Below are positions 1 through 7,910 of a stretch of DNA of 22,881 nucleotides, piece after piece; position 1 is the stretch's first letter, and each line of letters opens with the position of its first letter. The stretch comes from Promethearchaeota archaeon (GTDB lineage: Archaea; Asgardarchaeota; Lokiarchaeia; Sigyniarchaeales; SOKP01). The notes beneath the pieces are model-generated. The model worked only from the letters and a program-made list of their open reading frames with translations. It did no database searches and had not been told where the DNA came from. A program made the translations under genes and the position numbers. Where the stretch lies: positions 1 through 22,881 of the forward strand of contig JBHLLT010000027.1 of the NCBI GenBank assembly GCA_048938855.1. The letters are read 5' to 3'.

Positions 1-921
1 AGAAGTGAATTATTATATGCTACCTGGACCAGAAATGATGGTTCTCCCATTGTTTCTACACAAGAAAATCTAAAATATATGGAAGAAGTCCTTCCCGATA
101 ACATCGAAAAAAATATTTGTGGTGTGGGGACAACAGGTTCCGCTAGGTATTTAATAAAAGCTCTTATCGGTGCAGATGTAGCAAGACCTGAAATAATTGC
201 TCATGCAATTGGAGCTTCAACTTATACCCCTGACGTGAGAACAATTCTTGAAATCGGGGGACAGGACAGTAAAGTTATATTGATGAAAAATGGCATCGTA
301 ACAGATTTTAACATGAACAGTGTTTGTGCTGCTGGCACGGGTTCTTTTCTTGATCATCAAGCATCTAGATTAGGTATTCCAATTGAGCAATTTGGCGATT
401 ATGCTCTTCGGGCAGAAGATGAGGTTTCAATTGCAGGACGATGCACAGTTTTTGCCGAATCTGATATGATCAGTAAACAACAAGAAGGAAATTCTAAAGA
501 ATCAATAATCAAGGGATTGTGTAAAGCTCTTGTTAGAAACTACTTGAATAACGTTTGCAAAGGCAAGAAACTCTCCCCTCCTTTTGTATTTCAGGGGGGA
601 GTTGCAGCAAATTCTGGAATAAAAAATGCTTTTGAAGAAGAATTGGGGTATGAAGTCATTATTCATGAAAACTTTTATGTGATGGGAGCATTTGGTTCAG
701 CCATTTTGGCAAAGGAACATGTAAATGGACAGATATCTTCTTTTCATGGCCTAAAAGTTAGTGAAATGAACTTGGCTACAGGTTCATTTGTCTGTCCTGA
801 TTGTCCAAATAGATGTACAGTTAAATACATTGTCAGAGAAGAAGATAAAAGTAGAGTAACTGGAAGAGAAAAGGATGATAGGATATTTGCGCGATGGAAT
901 AGTAGGTGCGGTAAATGGTAA
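1..921 (+). CDS. CoA-substrate-specific enzyme activase (HgdC/BadF/BadG/BcrAD ASKHA ATPase, [4Fe-4S]); 5'-truncated by the window edge
   Basis: Frame is open from base 1 (RSELLYATWTRNDGSPIVSTQENLKYM...), aligning with paralog 17975-18997, so ATG79 is internal. Motifs: TGSAR, EIIAH, EIGGQDSK, CAAGTGSF, GRCTVFAES, QGGVAAN, C-terminal CPDCPNRC...RCGKW. Confidence 0.93.
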   Translation, partial: RSELLYATWTRNDGSPIVSTQENLKYMEEVLPDNIEKNICGVGTTGSARYLIKALIGADVARPEIIAHAIGASTYTPDVRTILEIGGQDSKVILMKNGIVTDFNMNSVCAAGTGSFLDHQASRLGIPIEQFGDYALRAEDEVSIAGRCTVFAESDMISKQQEGNSKESIIKGLCKALVRNYLNNVCKGKKLSPPFVFQGGVAANSGIKNAFEEELGYEVIIHENFYVMGAFGSAILAKEHVNGQISSFHGLKVSEMNLATGSFVCPDCPNRCTVKYIVREEDKSRVTGREKDDRIFARWNSRCGKW

Positions 922-2249
922 ATGTTAGACTTTCATTTTCACGAATGGGTTGGAGCTATATTTTTTTCAAAGGTTTATTCCATGATCTTCCTGGTATTGA
1001 GGTTGTTGAACCCCCTCTAGTAAACACTGAAATCGTTAGTGAAGGAGTTAAAAATTCTCCTGAATTCGTTTGTTTTCCATTTAAAGTCATTCTTGGTGAA
1101 ATGATAAACCTGTATCGTAATTATGATGTTAAAGATTTTGCGATGATTGCTGACTACGGCCCATGTCGAGCAGGAATTTATGCTGTTGTCCAGAAAAGAA
1201 TCTTGAAAAATATGGGATTCAAGGATGTTAGAATGTTTTATCTACGTCAAGATGATTTTCGAACTCTTGAATGGTTAAGCATATTTCGTGATTTAGAAAA
1301 AAGAACAGGAAGAAAATTTGATGACTATAAAATTTTAAGAAACACACTCTTGTTCTTGCTCAAAGCATACTATGTTGAAAGAATAAGCCATATTGAAGGA
1401 CTTGTTAGATGTCGAGAAAAAAACAAAGCAATGACTACCAAAGTAGTTCATACTTTGATGAATTTACTTGATAACGAAAATAATTTGATGAAATTATCTA
1501 ATTTTGATAGAACGATAGATGAAAATTTTCGCAAGATTCCTATTGACAAGGAAATGGAACCTTTGAGGGTTTGTTATACTGGAGAAATCCAAGTCATGTT
1601 GGAGAAATGGGTTAATTATGATCTGATGGGAGAATTAGGCGTCATGGGTATCGAGGTTCACAAGCAGTATGATGTCTTTGATTGGGTCATGTACAAACTT
1701 AACGCCAGCAAACGAAGAAGACGACTTGAACGTGTTGCAAGAAAGTATATTCCAATGGATATTGGGGGGGAGGCTGTGTGGAACATGGGAAGTTATCTTG
1801 AGTCTCAAGAAAAAGGTTTTGATGGTTTTGTCCATATATTCCCATTTACTTGCATGCCTGAAATATCCCTCATGGGAATGTTAGAAGCTGAGAAAAACAT
1901 AGACAAGTTTTATATGCCCCAAATTCATATTAGTCTTGATGGAAGTTCTGGTTTTGAAGGACTTAGAACAAGAATCGAAGCATTTCATGATTTAATGGTT
2001 GGCAACAAAGAAGCTAATCCTTTATTTAGAGACGTCAAGTATGTGGTCCCGGATGAAATAAAAAATATATATTTTAAGTCGAAATCCAATTTTGAATATT
2101 TCATGTCTAGTATTGAAAAACCAATGTCAATAGTTTTAACAATGCTGAATCCAACAAAGAAATTAGATGTAGGATTCGCCGTTAAAAATGGAGTCGAGTT
2201 TTTTTCAAGAAATTCGTTTTTTAATATCGGATCTCTTTTTAACCTTTGA
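915..2249 (+). CDS. 2-hydroxyacyl-CoA dehydratase-like / PlsR-like reductase subunit (COG3581-type Fe-S protein)
   Basis: Three Cys motifs (SPEFVCFPFK, GPCR, PFTCMPE) and C-terminal GLRTRIEAF. Overlaps the activase stop by 7 nt (translational coupling). Paralog of 16769-17959. Confidence 0.85.
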   Translation: MVNVRLSFSRMGWSYIFFKGLFHDLPGIEVVEPPLVNTEIVSEGVKNSPEFVCFPFKVILGEMINLYRNYDVKDFAMIADYGPCRAGIYAVVQKRILKNMGFKDVRMFYLRQDDFRTLEWLSIFRDLEKRTGRKFDDYKILRNTLLFLLKAYYVERISHIEGLVRCREKNKAMTTKVVHTLMNLLDNENNLMKLSNFDRTIDENFRKIPIDKEMEPLRVCYTGEIQVMLEKWVNYDLMGELGVMGIEVHKQYDVFDWVMYKLNASKRRRRLERVARKYIPMDIGGEAVWNMGSYLESQEKGFDGFVHIFPFTCMPEISLMGMLEAEKNIDKFYMPQIHISLDGSSGFEGLRTRIEAFHDLMVGNKEANPLFRDVKYVVPDEIKNIYFKSKSNFEYFMSSIEKPMSIVLTMLNPTKKLDVGFAVKNGVEFFSRNSFFNIGSLFNL

Positions 2250-2252
2250 GAG

Positions 2253-2261
2253 TTTTTTTTT
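2253..2261 (+). terminator. Oligo-T (T9) archaeal-type terminator
   Basis: T9 run starting 4 nt after the stop at 2249. Confidence 0.5.
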
Positions 2262-2319
2262 GTAGGATTTGAAAATGATATTCCCCATTTCCTAAAAGAT
2301 TAATGCTGTTAAAATATTA

Positions 2320-2337
2320 TGAATGAACGATCATTCA
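2320..2337. promoter_or_regulatory. TetR/FadR-type operator palindrome TGAATGA-N4-TCATTCA
   Basis: Perfect 7-bp inverted repeat with a 4-nt spacer (TGAATGA ACGA TCATTCA) in the intergenic region upstream of the plsA-like gene. Confidence 0.65.
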
Positions 2338-2569
2338 AATTTTTCTCACTTTCTATATTATACTAATTTAAGCTGTATTATTTCTTTATTAAGACTAATT
2401 TTTTTTTTAACAATTAATATTACTTAAAAATCTTTAACTGATTCAGATTTATTATTCGTTTGAATGTACGTGTATCATTAAGTTTACACTGAGGTTAATG
2501 CAATAATATCAGTAATCTTATTTTTCGTTGTGTAATGTTTAAATATATAATTATTACTTTTCTTTTTTA

Positions 2570-2580
2570 TTTATTTAAAT
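2570..2580 (+). promoter_or_regulatory. Candidate TATA box for the plsA/plsR-like operon
   Basis: TTTATTTAAAT about 20-30 nt upstream of ATG2600. An alternative TTTAAATATA lies at 2538-2547. The AT-rich context limits certainty. Confidence 0.3.
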
Positions 2581-2634
2581 CGATGAATATCTAAGTAAAA
2601 TGGGTATCCATAGTTTTGACACAGCTGAAGAATA

Positions 2635-5592
2635 ATGGCAAATAAGAGTCTTTCTAGAATTAAAAAACATGAAATCCAATTTTATGAAGGTTTAGAAATT
2701 GGAGCGGTTTCGGTGAAGTGGGTTCGTAGAATGCAAAACGGAGAAACTGTAAGTGAAATTATACGACATGAAGGTTCTCCAAAAGAAAAGATAAAAGAGA
2801 TTTTTGAGCTTTATAATGTTGATAAGAGTTCAAAAATTGTAATTACAGGTCAAGCAACTAGTTTCTTTCTTAATTTACCTTATATATCCGAAGTTGAATG
2901 CTTAGAAAAAGCGTTATCTTACTATAATTTAAAGCCTGACATTCTGCTCTCTCTTGGTGGAGAAACATTCAGTGTATATCCCATGAAGGATGGTATTATA
3001 AAAAACATTATATCAACATCGAAATGTGCTGCGGGTACAGGTGAATTTATTGTCCAGCAACTGCAACGAATGGGACTATCTATTGAGGACGGCATTAAGG
3101 CTAGCCTAAAGGGAAACTTTACCCAACTAGCAACAAGATGTTCTGTTCATTGTAAGTCAGATGCGACTCATAAACTCAATAAAGGTGAATGTAAGCCAGA
3201 AGATATTGTAAAAACACTCATTTACGATTTAGCAAGGAAAGTAAGTGAAATGATAGAAGCAGCTCAATGGCCCACAAATTTAATAGTTATATCAGGGGGA
3301 GTTACCCTGAATCAAGTCTTTATAGAAAACCTATCTAGTTTTCTTCCAAATTCAGAAATTAAAGTATTGCCAGAAAGTCCTTATCTTGAAGTATTTGGAG
3401 CATCTTTATTTGCAGCTGAGTTACCAGATTATTATGGTGAATTTGAGAATTTATATAAATCCTCAAAGATTGAATTTGAATCATATCATCCATTGAAGGA
3501 AGCAATTAATCTTTTGGATTACCGTGTGAATCCAAATGAGAAAAGAGAAATCAAAGTAGGACAAAAGTATATACTTGGTATTGATGCAGGATCTACGACC
3601 ACCAAAGCTGTATTATTTAATGTATTAGACAATTCAATAGGAGCAAGTACTTATTTAAGAACGTTAGGTAATCCAATTTTAGCTACTAAAAATTGTATTA
3701 GTGAACTTTTAAGACAAATAGGCGATAATTATATAAAGTTAATTCAGTGTGGGGTCACAGGATCTGCTAGAGAAATGGTTTCAGTTTATTTAGATAATTG
3801 TAGGAGTTTTAATGAGATATTAGCACATGCTAGAGCTGCTACAGAAGAAGTTCCTGATGTTGATACTGTATTTGAAATAGGCGGTCAAGATTCTAAGTTC
3901 ATTTCATTTTTAAAGGGTGTTCCTATTGATTATGCGATGAATGAGGGATGTTCTGCTGGGACAGGTAGTTTTCTAGAAGAATCAGCATCAGTGGATATGG
4001 GAATTCCAGTAGAAAAAATTAGTAATATTGCGATAAAAAGTAAGCATCCAATAGCATTTGGTGAACGATGTGCGGCATTTATTAATACTGATTTGAGAAA
4101 TGCACTTCAGCAAGGGGCACATCCTGATGATGTAGTTGCTGGTTTAGTTTATTCAATTGCTGATAATTATATTTCACGTATAGTAGGTCCACGACAAATA
4201 GGGGAAAAACTCCTTTTCCTAGGTGGTGTAGCTCTTAATAAATCCGTTGGATTAGCTATAGCTGCCCGTTCACAACGAAAAGTTATAGTACCAGCACATC
4301 CTGAACTTATGGGAGCAGTAGGCACTGCTCTTATGACGCGAGATCTTCTTGATAATGGTATAATCTCAGAAATAAATTATAAACTTTTGAATTTAATGAA
4401 AGGAGAAATAAAAGTTAAAAATATATTCAGGTGTAAAGCGTGTGATAATAACTGTGAGATTCAAAACATTTCAATAAGAGGAAAGGTTTACCCATTTGGT
4501 GGTTTATGCTCAAAATATCGACTTTTACGCCAAAAGAACACCAAAATTAAAGAGGGCCAAGATCTCATAGAATTAAGAAATAATCTTATATTTAATGATT
4601 TTGGAGCTCGTCCTTTAAAGAATCCACGTGGGACAATTGGTATTCCTTTAGCATTAACTTCTCATATATTATTTCCATTGTATGCTAAATTTATTAATGA
4701 GTTAGGTTATGATGTAGTAGTATCAAATCCTTCAAAAATTGGGAATACAAAAACTAAAGCACCGATATGTTACCCGTGTGAATTAGTCCATGGCGCTGTA
4801 AATGATCTTATTAATCGTAATGTTGATTATGTTTTCTTACCACATGTGATTGAAATGGAAATTCCAAAAGGTTATATTCATGGATATACTTGTCCTTCTA
4901 CGACAACTATTCCTGATATTATCCGTGCTGCTTTTGAAAATGTTAGTGACAAAATGTTATCACCTCATATCGGCCTTTCTGAAGCGCTTATTGAGACAAC
5001 TCTCAAGGAGTTTGGCAAGATTGCTCGTCATTTAGGATTAGAAGAGAAAGTAGGAATTAACGCAGGATTTGTAGCGTTATCTCATTATAAAATGTTTAGA
5101 GAAATCTATTTTCAATTTGGACAAAAAAAGTTAAAGGAATTATTAAAACAACCGTCGGTAATTATAGCAGGAAGACCATATGTTGTTTATCCAAAAGATG
5201 TTAATATAGCACTCCCTCGAAAGATTGTTAGTAGAGGATATAATGCTATCCCTTCCGATTTATTACCAATTTTAAATAATGATACAACCCATAAAAGAAA
5301 TGTATGGAGTTTTACTCAAGAGATTAATAATGCTGTTGAGTATGTAAAAAAATATCCTAATCTATACATATGCTTTGTATCTTGTTTTTCGTGTGGCCCA
5401 GATGGCACTATGTATCATCACTTTCGGCAACAGCTTGAAGGACACACTTTTTGTTATCTTGAAATTGATTCTCACACTGCTCATGCGGGGTTTGAAACAA
5501 GAGTAGGTGCGTTTCTTGATATAATTGAAGAACGACATCGAAATTTGAATAAGAAAAACAAAAATTTACTAAACCAAATTATAACAATCTAA
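2635..5592 (+). CDS. PlsA-like multidomain protein: two activase (ASKHA ATPase) domains + CxxCxxxC..C linker + DUF2229/COG3580 reductase domain
   Basis: Domain 1: GLEIGAVSVK, SLGGETFS, CAAGTGEF, RCSVH. Domain 2: LGIDAGSTTTKAV, EIGGQDSKF, CSAGTGSF, RCAAF, GGVALN. Linker: CKACDNNC...GLCSKY. C-terminal domain: CYPCELVHG, YTCP, CFSCGPD, EIDSHTAHAGFETRVGAF. 985 aa. Confidence 0.9.
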   Translation: MANKSLSRIKKHEIQFYEGLEIGAVSVKWVRRMQNGETVSEIIRHEGSPKEKIKEIFELYNVDKSSKIVITGQATSFFLNLPYISEVECLEKALSYYNLKPDILLSLGGETFSVYPMKDGIIKNIISTSKCAAGTGEFIVQQLQRMGLSIEDGIKASLKGNFTQLATRCSVHCKSDATHKLNKGECKPEDIVKTLIYDLARKVSEMIEAAQWPTNLIVISGGVTLNQVFIENLSSFLPNSEIKVLPESPYLEVFGASLFAAELPDYYGEFENLYKSSKIEFESYHPLKEAINLLDYRVNPNEKREIKVGQKYILGIDAGSTTTKAVLFNVLDNSIGASTYLRTLGNPILATKNCISELLRQIGDNYIKLIQCGVTGSAREMVSVYLDNCRSFNEILAHARAATEEVPDVDTVFEIGGQDSKFISFLKGVPIDYAMNEGCSAGTGSFLEESASVDMGIPVEKISNIAIKSKHPIAFGERCAAFINTDLRNALQQGAHPDDVVAGLVYSIADNYISRIVGPRQIGEKLLFLGGVALNKSVGLAIAARSQRKVIVPAHPELMGAVGTALMTRDLLDNGIISEINYKLLNLMKGEIKVKNIFRCKACDNNCEIQNISIRGKVYPFGGLCSKYRLLRQKNTKIKEGQDLIELRNNLIFNDFGARPLKNPRGTIGIPLALTSHILFPLYAKFINELGYDVVVSNPSKIGNTKTKAPICYPCELVHGAVNDLINRNVDYVFLPHVIEMEIPKGYIHGYTCPSTTTIPDIIRAAFENVSDKMLSPHIGLSEALIETTLKEFGKIARHLGLEEKVGINAGFVALSHYKMFREIYFQFGQKKLKELLKQPSVIIAGRPYVVYPKDVNIALPRKIVSRGYNAIPSDLLPILNNDTTHKRNVWSFTQEINNAVEYVKKYPNLYICFVSCFSCGPDGTMYHHFRQQLEGHTFCYLEIDSHTAHAGFETRVGAFLDIIEERHRNLNKKNKNLLNQIITI

Positions 5593-5597
5593 GTAAA

Positions 5598-7004
5598 ATG
5601 TCTAAAATAAAAAATTTTGAAGATTCAGCAACAGATGGATCTAATAAAGTTACACAAGCTCGGTTTTCAGAGGACCATAAACATATTATTGACAGTGACG
5701 GACAGAAGGTTAGATTTGATGATCCAAGAGTGGTTTATGTCAATCCAGAACCCCGTAATTCATATGGAAGACAGCTAGTAATAAACTTGTTTGAGAAATA
5801 TAATCGAAAGATTAGAATCAGTACAGAAACAGATGCATCAGTTTTACAATATGCGAAAAAGCTATGTTCAGGGAGAGAATGTCTTGCTAGTGTTGCTATA
5901 GCAGGAGCAGTTTTAAAGGATATTAATGAGTACAGAGGCGAAGATGAAATTACTATATATCGAACACCTATAGATAACCATGGACCCTGTCAAAATGGTG
6001 CATGGCCTGTTCTCTGGGAGACCTTTGCAAAGACTTTAAATCTAAAGAATGCAATATTCTGTGCTTTCCCTAAATATACTAATAATTACCTTGGTTTAAA
6101 TCGAGATTTATTAGCTTGGGAAAATATTTACTTTATCATTGGTCAATATATTATCGAAGCAAGAAATGCGTTGCAATGTGTTGCTCGAAGGAAAAATATA
6201 GCTTTGTATTTATTTGAAGATATAACTAATGAATTTATCGATAATCTAAAAAATGAAAAGAATACTTTAAACATTGGTTTAATGAAATGGGCAAAAGAAA
6301 TTGCTCGAATACCTATTAATGCCACAATTGAAGAAACTCCAAAGGTTTTAATATTTGGGGGTTTGAATTTAATGTTCGATCATTATTCAATTGAAGAATT
6401 TTTTCTAGAAAAAGGTATCATTCCTAAAGTCGTTGATATAGTTGAGTCAATGAGTCTAATTTTAGGTGAAAGTACAATAAGATATGGATTTAAGAAGGGA
6501 TATATCACACCTAAAGAACAATTTAATAAACATTTACTTGATTTTCCTGATTTGGATGAGGATGATCGAAGAGAAGCTCTTAGAGCAAAAAGAAATAAAA
6601 AAGCTTTACAATTTTTAGATTCACAATGTAAAGTTATTAGAAGACTCATGAGTAAGTCTGGCTTATTATTTGACCAGTTTATAGAATTTATTGATCTTTT
6701 TGAAGAAGGAAATAAATATGTTTCCGCAAATAGTCTTAGCGAGACTCCAATAATTACTGGCAGATTTTTACATTCCGTTAAAGAAGGAATCTATGATGGT
6801 TTAATTAACTTAGGTACATTTAATTGCCAACCTGCAATGAACTCACAAGCTATTATTCGCCCTCTAGCTAATAAAAGTAATGTTCCGTATGCTGCTATTG
6901 ATTGTGAAGGCCCATGGATATCAACAAATCAACGTAGACTTCTTGAGGCTATTGCTATACAAGCAAAAAGAGTTCGAGAAAAGAAGAATGAGAAATCCTC
7001 TTAA
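5598..7004 (+). CDS. PlsR-like reductase/dehydratase subunit (COG3581-type), partner of the upstream gene
   Basis: Starts 5 nt after the plsA-like stop. Cys motifs CSGRECL, GPCQNG, FNCQP, IDCEG and C-terminal RLLEA. Confidence 0.8.
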   Translation: MSKIKNFEDSATDGSNKVTQARFSEDHKHIIDSDGQKVRFDDPRVVYVNPEPRNSYGRQLVINLFEKYNRKIRISTETDASVLQYAKKLCSGRECLASVAIAGAVLKDINEYRGEDEITIYRTPIDNHGPCQNGAWPVLWETFAKTLNLKNAIFCAFPKYTNNYLGLNRDLLAWENIYFIIGQYIIEARNALQCVARRKNIALYLFEDITNEFIDNLKNEKNTLNIGLMKWAKEIARIPINATIEETPKVLIFGGLNLMFDHYSIEEFFLEKGIIPKVVDIVESMSLILGESTIRYGFKKGYITPKEQFNKHLLDFPDLDEDDRREALRAKRNKKALQFLDSQCKVIRRLMSKSGLLFDQFIEFIDLFEEGNKYVSANSLSETPIITGRFLHSVKEGIYDGLINLGTFNCQPAMNSQAIIRPLANKSNVPYAAIDCEGPWISTNQRRLLEAIAIQAKRVREKKNEKSS

Positions 7005-7507
7005 CTTAGCTTTTTTTCAATTTTTCCTTTCAGCCAACCTATTTTGTATGAATCTATATTATCGAATTTAGATACATATGGTTTAATATCTAATAAAGGT
7101 GTTTTATCAAGAATCTCAACATTTTTTACATGAATTAGATTTTCTTTAATTCCTCGAATTTCTAATATTGAAAGACCAAGAGGATTGGGACGAAATGGAG
7201 TTCGAATGGCAAAAACACCTCTAGATTCTTTGTCTAAAAAGGGTTTTGAAATAAGTGGAACAGGGGGTATTACCATATCAAAGAAATAAAGACAATAAAT
7301 ATGAGAAAATCCGTTTAAATCTTTTAAGCCTGATTGGTATTCAGGGAAGATTTCGATAGTACCCTTTGATTCCGACAATGATGACTGAATTGGAATACCT
7401 TTGAGGGATTTAAATTGGGTATGAATTATACCTATTGGTTTAAAACTGATTTCTTTTGGAAATTTACGTTTTTCAATATCCTTGATTTTTCTCTTCATGA
7501 TTTCCAT
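7001..7507 (-). CDS. trmO: tRNA (N6-threonylcarbamoyladenosine(37)-N6)-methyltransferase TrmO (TsaA/YaeB family)
   Basis: KPIGIIHT, GLKDLNGFSH, GVFAIRTPFRPNPLGLS, TPLLDIKPY. GGAGG upstream. The stop shares the palindrome TTAA (7001-7004) with the convergent gene. Confidence 0.92.
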   Translation of the reverse strand: MEIMKRKIKDIEKRKFPKEISFKPIGIIHTQFKSLKGIPIQSSLSESKGTIEIFPEYQSGLKDLNGFSHIYCLYFFDMVIPPVPLISKPFLDKESRGVFAIRTPFRPNPLGLSILEIRGIKENLIHVKNVEILDKTPLLDIKPYVSKFDNIDSYKIGWLKGKIEKKLS

Positions 7508-7851
7508 ACAAATAAATCCTCCATAATAATCAATAAAACAGAATAAAAATAAGATTTTTCTATTTTAATTTAATTTTTTCAGGAGACTTAATAAGAAATT
7601 CCTAAAACGTATAACAATTTTAGGCATTGAGGATTGAACCAGTATGCCTTTAAGGGTTTTATACGGCATATGAATAGTTGATCTGAAATTTTTCTTTTTT
7701 AAATTAAATACTTTCTTAATTATGTAAAAAATTTTATATATTAACTTAGCGTAATATAAAACTAATCCAATCTAACTAACAACCTAAATCAAAAAATAAA
7801 TCAAGAGTTTTTGTGATTTTTTTGTGATTAAAATTTCTTTTTAATGATTTT

Positions 7852-7867
7852 CTATTAGCGCTAATAG
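7852..7867. promoter_or_regulatory. Perfect 16-bp palindrome CTATTAGCGCTAATAG, candidate operator or 5'-UTR hairpin
   Basis: Exact self-complementary 16-mer ending 43 nt before ATG7911, in the divergent trmO/cocE intergenic region. Confidence 0.45.
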
Positions 7868-7910
7868 GAAGCGCTCCAAAAATATACTAAAAAAAAGATG
7901 AAAGAAAAAA

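Noticed and set aside
1635-1884. Short ORFs 1635-1835(-) and 1669-1884(+)
   Set aside because: Shadow frames inside a conserved reductase gene; no motifs.
2205-2288. 27-codon antisense ORF next to the operator palindrome
   Set aside because: Low-complexity Lys-rich product derived from T tracts; no other support.
4432-4455. Cys triad suggesting a radical SAM enzyme
   Set aside because: Spacing is CxxCxxxC, not the radical SAM CxxxCxxC, and the surrounding domains are ASKHA ATPase and reductase.
4850-7071. ORFs 4850-5035(+), 6143-6325(-), 6383-6649(-), 6880-7071(+)
   Set aside because: Alternate-frame or antisense ORFs nested in the plsA/plsR-like and trmO genes.
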